32,000 nucleotides of DNA from Candidatus Saccharimonadota bacterium (lineage in GTDB: Bacteria; Patescibacteriota; Saccharimonadia; Saccharimonadales; Saccharimonadaceae), in contig JAIUPJ010000001.1 of the NCBI GenBank assembly GCA_020160975.1, positions 870,001 to 902,000 of the forward strand, read 5' to 3'. The notes beneath the pieces were generated by a model. The model worked only from the letters and a program-made list of their open reading frames with translations. It was not told the origin of the DNA and made no database searches. The translations under genes and the position numbers were made by a program. This document shows positions 7,480-14,394 of this stretch, piece after piece; position 1 is the stretch's first letter; every line of letters begins with the position of its first letter.

Positions 7480-8136
7480 ATGATGAAAAAATTCCAGGTG
7501 ATTACGCTATTCCCAGAGATGTTCACGGGTGTATTTGAACATTCCATGATGTGGAAGGCCCAAAAAGACAGTAAGGTTGAGCTCACTACGATTAATCTGC
7601 GTGAATTTGGTATGGGCAAGCGAAGGACGGTCGACGACACGCCCTATGGCGGCGGTGACGGTATGCTCCTGATGGTTGAGCCGCTCTGGAAAGCAGTTGA
7701 GTATGCCAAGCAGCAAGATCCAGGCGCGAAGGTGCTGATAATGACCCCTCGAGGTATGCGCTGGAAGCAGTCAATTGCTCAGAAGTATAGTGAGTCGCCA
7801 CACGGCTATATTTTCATTTGTGGCCGCTATGAGGGCTATGATGAGCGAATTATGGCATTGGTAGATGAGGAGGTGAGTGTGGGCGACTATGTGTTGACTG
7901 GCGGCGAATTACCCGCTATGACGATTATCGATTCAATTGTGCGACTGATTCCCGGCGTATTGGGAGGTGAGACAAGCGCTGTGATCGAAAGTTTTAGCGA
8001 CGGCGAAACACTGGAGTTCCCGCAGTATACGCGACCCGTCGAATGGCAGGGAATGCAGGTTCCAGAAGTGTTGCTCAGCGGGAACCATGGTGAAATCGCT
8101 AAATGGCGCGCCAAGCAGAGCAGAAAGGCTGAGTAG
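7480..8136 (+). CDS. trmD: tRNA (guanine37-N1)-methyltransferase
   Basis: FQVITLFPEMF, DDTPYGGGDGMLL, ICGRYEGYDERI and YVLTGGELPAM are TrmD motifs. The start may be ATG 7483. Confidence 0.95.
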   Translation: MMKKFQVITLFPEMFTGVFEHSMMWKAQKDSKVELTTINLREFGMGKRRTVDDTPYGGGDGMLLMVEPLWKAVEYAKQQDPGAKVLIMTPRGMRWKQSIAQKYSESPHGYIFICGRYEGYDERIMALVDEEVSVGDYVLTGGELPAMTIIDSIVRLIPGVLGGETSAVIESFSDGETLEFPQYTRPVEWQGMQVPEVLLSGNHGEIAKWRAKQSRKAE

Positions 8137-8253
8137 ATAGTCGGGTCATCGTTTTGTCCGCGACTGGTCACGTCCATCGTGAGTCATCGTGGTGCTTTCG
8201 AGAATCTTAGCCGCAGGGTCGGTGCCATACATCGACTTCAGCAGGGAGTTAGC

Positions 8254-8376
8254 AATTGCAGATTTATTCTGAAATTTAAATGAAGGGCAGCGCCCCAACG
8301 ATACTCCGGATCGGCTTTAGCGGGGAGTAATCTAATTGTGGATTTACTCCAGAATTAGATAGAGGGGCAGAGCCCC
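8254..8376 (+). repeat. Two imperfect 43-nt direct repeats (8254-8296 and 8334-8376), 31/43 identical by hand alignment
   Basis: aattgcagatttattctgaaatttaaatgaagggcagcgcccc versus aattgtggatttactccagaattagatagaggggcagagcccc. Both end in a GGGCAG(C/A)GCCCC mini-hairpin. Confidence 0.7.
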
Positions 8377-8385
8377 TCTATCTAA
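8355..8385. repeat. Perfect 13-bp-stem hairpin / inverted repeat
   Basis: ttagatagagggg (8355-8367), loop cagag, cccctctatctaa (8373-8385). Confidence 0.9.
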
Positions 8386-8533
8386 AGTTGTGGTGGAAAT
8401 ATCGTAGAGCGACGAAACAATTTTTTATTTGGTGTTTGTTTTTGTTACTTCGCTAGAAGTACAATACCGCGATTTTTCCTTTAGCGCAAGCACTTTTTGT
8501 CATAATAATTGCATCAACCTGTGCAAAACCTTT

Positions 8534-8539
8534 TATACT
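8534..8539 (+). promoter_or_regulatory. -10 box TATACT, 6 nt upstream of ATG 8546 (leaderless geometry)
   Basis: TATACT, agagat, ATG. TTGCAT lies about 18-19 nt upstream. No SD is possible in the gap. Confidence 0.4.
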
Positions 8540-8545
8540 AGAGAT

Positions 8546-9016
8546 ATGACAGCACTATTCAAGACGATGTTTCCGCAAGAATTTTTTGAAAAACCAGTGT
8601 TTCTAAGAGGGTTACTCCTCACGGGCGTCTACCTGGTGCTGATTATTTCGCAGTTATTTACGTATGAGAAGTTTTACGATGTGATCGCAGGTCTTGGGCT
8701 TGGCGGAGGGAAGATTGTAACCGGTGTGCTGATAGGGCTGTTGCCACTACTGGAAGTCGCAGCATTGCCTTTTTTGGTTTCAATGAACATACCGATGGCA
8801 GTGAGGAGCATATCGCGAATAGCGGTAGTGGCTGCGCCGTCGCTGTGGCTGCTGCTGTACGTTGTGGCAATTATGCAAGGGGCGGATGGCGTTGGGGCCG
8901 GGCTACTAGGCGCGACAGTTCATACGGCGCTTTCCTGGTGGCTCGTGCTTGCGGTGGCAGCACTGACAGCCTGCGCGGTTATTGTGGCGCGTGAGCTGCC
9001 TCGTCGCAAGACTTGA
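8546..9016 (+). CDS. Hypothetical polytopic membrane protein (156 aa)
   Basis: Multiple hydrophobic helices. Start moved from the track's TTG 8429 to the first ATG (MTALFKTMFPQ...). Confidence 0.65.
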   Translation: MTALFKTMFPQEFFEKPVFLRGLLLTGVYLVLIISQLFTYEKFYDVIAGLGLGGGKIVTGVLIGLLPLLEVAALPFLVSMNIPMAVRSISRIAVVAAPSLWLLLYVVAIMQGADGVGAGLLGATVHTALSWWLVLAVAALTACAVIVARELPRRKT

Positions 9017-9065
9017 GGCATCATATCAGTGGTGGTATAATCATCGAGGTATATTAACCATATGT

Positions 9066-9140
9066 TGGGGATTCGCCAAGTGGTAAGGCACCAGGTTCTG
9101 GTCCTGGCATTCGGGGGTTCGAATCCCTCATCCCCAGCCA
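9066..9140 (+). tRNA. tRNA-Gln (anticodon CUG), CCA encoded
   Basis: Manual fold: acceptor tggggat/atcccca, anticodon stem ccagg/cctgg with loop ttCTGgt, T-arm ggggg-ttcgaat-ccctc, discriminator G, CCA. Confidence 0.9.
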
Positions 9141-9147
9141 AGATATG

Positions 9148-9170
9148 AACGGCCTCCATGGCCGTTTTTA
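9148..9170 (+). terminator. Rho-independent terminator after tRNA-Gln
   Basis: aacggcc (9148-9154) / ggccgtt (9160-9166), followed by a T-run. Confidence 0.75.
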
Positions 9171-9345
9171 TCTTGGCTCACTTATACGAGTTTGCCCGAA
9201 CCTATTTTGCGACCAAGTGCAAGAAATTAGATTATCGGCGGTGCCCCCGATTCGTCGAAAAATCTCGTTCATCGTATCTAGTCGAATATAGGTTAGGGCA
9301 TACTGGTAAAAACGTTATAGTCCTCGTGGTTATGGCATTTTTGCT

Positions 9346-9381
9346 TGGCTCTTGAGCTGGGATTTGAAGCCCCGAATGCGA
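9346..9381 (-). pseudogene. Degenerate inverted copy of the 3' 36 nt of tRNA-Gln
   Basis: The minus strand reads tcgcattcggggcttcaaatcccagctcaagagcca, versus tRNA-Gln 9105-9140 tggcattcgggggttcgaatccctcatccccagcca. That is 27/36 identical, and 20/23 in the first 23 nt. The T-stem no longer pairs. Confidence 0.5.
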
Positions 9382-9480
9382 AGCACGAGGGGGTGAGTAG
9401 CAAAAGTCTTTGCTCTGCAAGGGCGCCATCCATCTCAAGCCATGGTTGTAGCTGCGATGCAAAAGGGCGCGGAACGTGGC

Positions 9481-9501
9481 CGAACCCCTCATCCCCGGCC
9501 A
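9481..9501 (+). repeat. Direct repeat of the tRNA-Gln 3' end (att-like remnant)
   Basis: cgaacccctcatccccggcca versus tRNA 9120-9140 cgaatccctcatccccagcca, 19/21 identical and in the same orientation, about 360 nt downstream of the tRNA. Confidence 0.6.
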
Positions 9502-9513
9502 TAGAACGGCTAG

Positions 9514-10059
9514 CTAGGCTTTTAGCGCGACATGGATAATCCACCCCGAAATGAGGCCGACCAGAATGATGCCGCTACCCAACAGTGCGATCTCGAAGGC
9601 ATCTCGCCAGCGAGGCATGCCGAGAATGGCGGCCCGGTAGTACCCAGAAATTAGCAGGATGACAACGGTGATGGCACAGCTATAGGCAATAGCATGTGGC
9701 AGGTTACTCAATAATAAGAACGGGATGATTGAAATGAAGCTAATGGCAAAATACGAAATAAATTGAATTAGCGAGGGGAGAAAATAATCGCGGAATGGGT
9801 TTCGTTCTTCGCGGCCATCGAGCTCGTCCATGTAGTGTTCGCTAGAGTATTTGACCGACGCTGAATTGAAGCCATTGACGATGATACTGACAACCGCTGT
9901 CATGATAAGGATCTCTCGCGAGACACTCGCGAAGCTCATACCAGCGATGACACCCGCGCCAATGGCAAATCCTCCCTCAAATCCTTCAAACGCGGCCAAG
10001 AATCGCTCTGCACCAAAGGGAATAGTATGCGGCGGCGAACGACGGATAAATCTGCCCAT
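9514..10059 (-). CDS. Membrane protein, divergent VIT1/CCC1-like (181 aa)
   Basis: The ORF has several TM helices. FEGFEGGFAIGAGVIAG and NSASVKYSSEHYMDELD loosely resemble VIT-family motifs. The functional call is weak. Confidence 0.6.
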   Translation of the reverse strand: MGRFIRRSPPHTIPFGAERFLAAFEGFEGGFAIGAGVIAGMSFASVSREILIMTAVVSIIVNGFNSASVKYSSEHYMDELDGREERNPFRDYFLPSLIQFISYFAISFISIIPFLLLSNLPHAIAYSCAITVVILLISGYYRAAILGMPRWRDAFEIALLGSGIILVGLISGWIIHVALKA

Positions 10060-10065
10060 GTACGT

Positions 10066-10080
10066 AGTATACGGTATACT
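10066..10080. promoter_or_regulatory. Back-to-back divergent -10 boxes in the 29-bp VIT-like/hisS intergenic region
   Basis: Minus-strand TATACT (10071-10066) is 6 nt from ATG 10059. Plus-strand TATACT (10075-10080) is 8 nt from ATG 10089. Confidence 0.45.
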
Positions 10081-10088
10081 GAAGAGAG

Positions 10089-11408
10089 ATGAAAATGAAT
10101 ATCACCACGCCACGAATCCCAAGTGGATTTAACGAATATTTGCCAGCTGAACAGATTGAGTTTAATCGTTTGCTTGATATCGTTCGATCGGTATACGAAA
10201 AATATGGTTTTGCTCCGCTTGATACTCCAATACTCGAGCTGAGTGAGGTGCTGCTCGCCAAAGGTGGCGGCGAGACGGAGCAGCAAGTGTATCGATTTGA
10301 GCGGGGCCGCAATGACCTGACAATGCGCTATGATTTGACGGTACCGCTAGCACGGTATGTGGCGCAGCACGAAGGTGCACTCACAATTCCATTTCGACGC
10401 TATCAAATCGGCAAAGTTTACCGAGCTGAGCGGGCCCAGGCTGGACGTTTTCGTGAATTTTATCAATGCGATATTGATGTCATCGGTAGCAGGAGTACGT
10501 TGATTGATGCGGAACTGCCGGTAATCATCAACGAGATATTTGAACGATTTGGATTTGGCGAGTTTACGATTCGTCTCAATAACCGTATGATTTTGAATGG
10601 TTTTTTTGAGGCGCTGGGACTGAGCGAGCAATCAAAAGACGTGTTGCGAGTGGTTGATAAGATAGAAAAGATTTCTGTTGATTCGTTCGTCGATGAGCTT
10701 ACACAGCTAGGGCTGACCCAAGAGCAGATTGCAACACTCCAAACGTTTGTGTCACTGTCTGGCACGAACGACGAGGTGCTGGCTTCGCTCGAAAGTCTCG
10801 GGATTGACTCGCCAGATTTCCGGCTCGGGGTCGAAAAATTGAGCGAGCTTGTCGCATCGCTCCGTGCGATGAAAGTTCCGGAATCACGGTTCTTGATTGA
10901 CTTGAAGATTGCGCGTGGACTTGATTACTACACCGGCACCGTCTACGAGACAATACTCGACGAACATCCGTCAATTGGAAGCGTGTGCAGTGGCGGTCGT
11001 TACGATGATTTGGCTAGCCACTACTCTAAAACACAGCTACCTGGGGTGGGTGTTTCGATCGGGCTGACAAGGTTATTTTATCAGCTCAAGGAGGCAGGTC
11101 TCGTAACAGCTGATACTCAGTCGCTTTCGCGAGTGGTGGTGCTGCCGATGACTCCGGCAGAGTATTCGCTGGCTGGAGAAGTCGCAACTGACCTGCGATG
11201 TGCAGGAGTGGCGACAATTCTCTATAGTGAGCCCAATGATCTTAGCAAAAAGATGAAGTATGTCGATAAAATGGGCTGTACCTACGCAGTAGTGATAGGA
11301 GCGGATGAAGCGCGGAACGGTGTGGTGTCGATCAAGGATATGCGCTCAGGCGAGCAACGCCAGGCACCGCTAGATGATCTCGTTGCCTCTCTTGCGGATT
11401 TGAAATAA
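10089..11408 (+). CDS. hisS: Histidine--tRNA ligase
   Basis: Class II motifs: RYQIGKVYRAERAQAGRFREFYQCDIDVIG, GGRYDDL, GVGVSIGLTRL, plus a C-terminal anticodon-binding domain. Confidence 0.9.
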   Translation: MKMNITTPRIPSGFNEYLPAEQIEFNRLLDIVRSVYEKYGFAPLDTPILELSEVLLAKGGGETEQQVYRFERGRNDLTMRYDLTVPLARYVAQHEGALTIPFRRYQIGKVYRAERAQAGRFREFYQCDIDVIGSRSTLIDAELPVIINEIFERFGFGEFTIRLNNRMILNGFFEALGLSEQSKDVLRVVDKIEKISVDSFVDELTQLGLTQEQIATLQTFVSLSGTNDEVLASLESLGIDSPDFRLGVEKLSELVASLRAMKVPESRFLIDLKIARGLDYYTGTVYETILDEHPSIGSVCSGGRYDDLASHYSKTQLPGVGVSIGLTRLFYQLKEAGLVTADTQSLSRVVVLPMTPAEYSLAGEVATDLRCAGVATILYSEPNDLSKKMKYVDKMGCTYAVVIGADEARNGVVSIKDMRSGEQRQAPLDDLVASLADLK

Positions 11409-11516
11409 TTGTTGCAAAAAGTACTTTCTTTTCACGCATTTTCACGTTGTATAGTGGGGATATGAGCGAATCATCGCTGCTCATGCAACCATGACACATA
11501 GGGAAGGGGATTATAC

Positions 11517-11888
11517 ATGAATATGAAACTCTCAACAAAAAATGTCGCAACACTCTTGGTGGCTGCCAGTCTGGCAGCCGCAGTACCAGGGATAAGCCAG
11601 CTGACAGTCTCGAAGAAGCGTCGCGAGTCGCGGTTTGACCGGCTGTTACAACGACATGATCGCAAAGGCGAGTTGCGTGCAGAGTTACTGAGTATGAATG
11701 CACAAGATTTTCGTCAGGCAATTCGCACTACATCGCTTGATACTCTTATAAGCCAGAGTGGTATGGGTACGAAACGTGCGTTTCGTATGGCGCTCGTAGG
11801 ACGATTGCGCGACGAGCTGCTAAGCCGTGGCTGGACGCGAGCACGTATTGAGCGCTACGTTTTGATTCGTGCAGTCCGTATGGCCTAG
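11517..11888 (+). CDS. Hypothetical secreted or exported protein (123 aa)
   Basis: N-terminal signal-like segment KNVATLLVAASLAAAVPG, then a basic helical region. No family recognised. Confidence 0.55.
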   Translation: MNMKLSTKNVATLLVAASLAAAVPGISQLTVSKKRRESRFDRLLQRHDRKGELRAELLSMNAQDFRQAIRTTSLDTLISQSGMGTKRAFRMALVGRLRDELLSRGWTRARIERYVLIRAVRMA

Positions 11889-11904
11889 ATGGTATCCGCG
11901 GTAG

Positions 11905-11910
11905 TATACT
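11905..11910 (+). promoter_or_regulatory. -10 box TATACT, 6 nt upstream of ATG 11917 (leaderless geometry)
   Basis: gtagTATACTaagcgcATG. Confidence 0.4.
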
Positions 11911-11916
11911 AAGCGC

Positions 11917-12411
11917 ATGGAGGTTCTGACAAAGTTACTTGCCGATGGGCTGATGGTGCCGATTGGAATGATTGCGGTGTATGCACTGTTTTGGCGTGTA
12001 CCTAAACAGCATCGCTATGATCGCTATACGTATGTGCTGATGGCCGGAGTGTCATCATATTTCCTCGCAAAGATCATCGGTGCGTTGTGGCAGCCTACTG
12101 CCATGCGGCCGTTTGAGCAACTGGGCGTGGCGGCGGGGGCGTCATCGCTCAACAATCCCGGTTTTCCATCTGACCATGCACTGTTTGCAATGTTTCTGAC
12201 GCTTGCAGTCTGGTATGTCAGCCGCGATAACCGGCTAGCGATCAGTATGTTTGTCTTGACGCTCATTGTGTGCGTCGGGCGCGTCATGGCATTGGTGCAT
12301 ACCCCCCTGGATGTAACAGGGGGTATCGTGATTGCGTGCGTGGGAGCATTCTGGTATATCGTCGGCAATCGAATCGAAAGAAATTCTCTAGCACAAAAAG
12401 CAAAAAGATAG
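11917..12411 (+). CDS. PAP2-family membrane phosphatase (undecaprenyl-diphosphatase/BcrC-like)
   Basis: PAP2 motifs PSDH (FPSDHA) and R-x5-H-x3-D (GRVMALVHTPLD), with multiple TM helices. Confidence 0.8.
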   Translation: MEVLTKLLADGLMVPIGMIAVYALFWRVPKQHRYDRYTYVLMAGVSSYFLAKIIGALWQPTAMRPFEQLGVAAGASSLNNPGFPSDHALFAMFLTLAVWYVSRDNRLAISMFVLTLIVCVGRVMALVHTPLDVTGGIVIACVGAFWYIVGNRIERNSLAQKAKR

Positions 12412-12449
12412 TATACTATTCCAAAAGCAATCAAGAAGAGGATAGCAAC

Positions 12450-12953
12450 GTGAGTTCAGAACGAATATATGACGAGTCGGCGGTCACTGTGCCTGTCTCG
12501 CCGATTGTGGGCATGGTACCAGGTGATTTGATCCGCACTGCATTGACAGGTGTCGGTGTGGGGTTATTGACCGCAGCGGCGATGTTTCTACTAAACAAAT
12601 TTATTTTTAGTGCGGTGTTGTGCCGTCCTCAATCAGTCAGCGACTGTAGTCAGGCGCCGTTTTATGCGATGATTGTGGCGATTGTGATTGGGGCGATCGC
12701 AGGCCTCGTGGCATTAGCACAGATGCGCTTGTATCGTCCGCTTCTAGTGGTGCTTGCCGCTACAATCGCGCTCTGGGGAGTAAATACACTTGTCGCGCCT
12801 TTTGCTTGGTATTGGGCCTTGCTGATTGTTGCGGTGCTGTTTGGGCTAGCTTATAGCCTGTTTGCGTGGATTGCACGAATTCGCAACTTTGTGATGGCGC
12901 TTGTAGTGACGGTTGTCGTAGTCGTGCTCGTTCGGTTCCTGCTTGTTGCTTAG
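12450..12953 (+). CDS. Hypothetical polytopic membrane protein (167 aa)
   Basis: The track ORF begins at 12270 inside the PAP2 gene. I trimmed it to GTG 12450, which is preceded by gaagagga (12434-12442). The rest is hydrophobic helices. Confidence 0.55.
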   Translation: MSSERIYDESAVTVPVSPIVGMVPGDLIRTALTGVGVGLLTAAAMFLLNKFIFSAVLCRPQSVSDCSQAPFYAMIVAIVIGAIAGLVALAQMRLYRPLLVVLAATIALWGVNTLVAPFAWYWALLIVAVLFGLAYSLFAWIARIRNFVMALVVTVVVVVLVRFLLVA

Positions 12954-13046
12954 GAAGAAGAATCCAGAGCACAAAAATAGATTCTAGATGCTAGTGTAGA
13001 ACACACTATCATTAGAACTTAAAGTTTAGAACTCCTACAGACAGAG

Positions 13047-13052
13047 TATAAT
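13047..13052 (+). promoter_or_regulatory. -10 box TATAAT, 6 nt upstream of ATG 13059 (leaderless geometry)
   Basis: gagTATAATaagagtATG. TTTAGA lies 16 nt upstream. Confidence 0.45.
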
Positions 13053-13058
13053 AAGAGT

Positions 13059-14123
13059 ATGGAACTTATACTTATCGTCCTGCTTGTCATTATTATTCTT
13101 GGTCTCGGCATCGTGCTATTTGTTGTGTTGAGCAAGCTCAATGAAATCAAAAGCGCTTCGGCAGTGGAACTGATGAAAGGCGATGTCACCGAACTGAATC
13201 GCAGCATCATGTCACTACAGCAGTCCATGGGCGAAAAGTTGGTGGCGGGAAATGAGTCAATGAGTCGTTCGATGGCCAAGCAGTTGGCTGAAAGCGCCAA
13301 GATCGTGACTGAGGTGACGCAGCGACTGGCAAAACTCGACGAGACCAATCGACGCGTTGTCGATGTCGCGGATGAACTGAAGACGTTGCAAAATGTACTC
13401 TCAAATCCTAAGCAGCGCGGTGTATTTGGTGAGTTTTACCTAACAAGCGTGCTCGACAATGTCTTGCCAGCCGGCCAGTATCAGCTGCAGTACAAATTCA
13501 AGGATGGGGAGGTTGTCGACGCGGTGATGTTTCTCGACAAGGGACGCATCTTGCCGATTGACAGTAAATTTAGCCTCGAAAACTACAATCGCATGATCGA
13601 AGCCAGCGGCAAGGAGCGCGAGGCTCTGCTACTCAAAGTAAAGGGAGATCTGAAGGGACGTATCGATGAAACCAGCAAATACATTCGTCCAAGCGAGGGT
13701 ACGATGGATTTTGCGTTTATGTTCATCCCCAGTGAGTCGCTGTACTATGACATGCTGATAAATAACGTCGGCACGGGTGGCAGCTCGCGCGATCTGATCG
13801 AGTATGCGTTTCGAGACAAGCGTGTGATTATTGTCAGCCCAACCAGTTTCATGGCCTATCTGCAGACCGTTCTCCAGGGGCTTCGGAGCCTCCAAATCGA
13901 AGAGCAGGCAAAGGATATCCAGGTGCGGGTCGGTAAGCTTGGTCAGCATCTAGGCAAGTATAGTGAATTTATGAATAAGCTCGGCAATAGTCTTGGGACA
14001 ACGGTCAATCACTTTAACAATGCGCACAAAGAATTTGCCAAGGTTGATAAAGACGTGGTGAAGATTGCGGGAGGTGAGACGAGCGTTGAGCCGTTGGCGA
14101 TTGATAGGCCAGTGCAGGAATGA
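13059..14123 (+). CDS. rmuC: DNA recombination protein RmuC
   Basis: N-terminal TM helix plus coiled coil, then DFAFMFIPSESLYYD and VIIVSPTSFMAYLQTV, which are typical of the RmuC nuclease-like domain. Confidence 0.9.
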   Translation: MELILIVLLVIIILGLGIVLFVVLSKLNEIKSASAVELMKGDVTELNRSIMSLQQSMGEKLVAGNESMSRSMAKQLAESAKIVTEVTQRLAKLDETNRRVVDVADELKTLQNVLSNPKQRGVFGEFYLTSVLDNVLPAGQYQLQYKFKDGEVVDAVMFLDKGRILPIDSKFSLENYNRMIEASGKEREALLLKVKGDLKGRIDETSKYIRPSEGTMDFAFMFIPSESLYYDMLINNVGTGGSSRDLIEYAFRDKRVIIVSPTSFMAYLQTVLQGLRSLQIEEQAKDIQVRVGKLGQHLGKYSEFMNKLGNSLGTTVNHFNNAHKEFAKVDKDVVKIAGGETSVEPLAIDRPVQE

Positions 14124-14349
14124 GTGCTGGATGTTTGAGTATAGATCATGAACCTTAGATACATCACAGAATCTATTGACACAACTGTTGTCATGCCAGC
14201 CGGTAATCGTTCTACGTTCTGAGAAAATCTCTCCCCCCTTTGCGAAGAAGCAAACGCCTTCCTTTTAGGACATTAGAACTAACCAATCCTTTCTTTTCAA
14301 TTGCAGGAAGAGCTAAGCGCAAGTATTCTAGGCTATAGAGCCTAAAACT

Positions 14350-14379
14350 AAATAACCACCCCATTTAGGGTGGTTATTT
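14350..14379. terminator. Bidirectional hairpin terminator (12-bp stem) downstream of the MIP channel gene
   Basis: aaataaccaccc (14350-14361) / gggtggttattt (14368-14379). Confidence 0.7.
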
Positions 14380-14394
14380 ACTCTGTGAGAGTGA

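Noticed and set aside
8254-8385. CRISPR-like array (also considered for 15374-15418 and 24856-24957)
   Set aside because: There are only two to four copies. The repeats are imperfect or only 18 bp long, spacer lengths are wrong (about 9-37 nt), and no cas genes occur in the window.
9158-9355. 65-aa ORF immediately after tRNA-Gln
   Set aside because: It starts inside the tRNA terminator hairpin, has no SD, and runs into the tRNA-derived repeat. It is likely non-coding scar sequence.
9346-9501. Possible tmRNA (ssrA) on the minus strand: a 5' GGGGAUGAGGGGUUCGG-like start, a UUCAAAUCCC T-loop-like segment and a ...GCCA end
   Set aside because: It is only about 155 nt. The 5' GGGGAUG has no complementary 3' acceptor strand (the 3' end is CUCAAGAGCCA). 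The T-stem does not pair, and no plausible Ala-resume tag ending in a typical ..AA stop is present. Both ends are better explained as degenerate copies of the adjacent tRNA-Gln 3' end, one inverted. An ARAGORN or Infernal run should confirm this.
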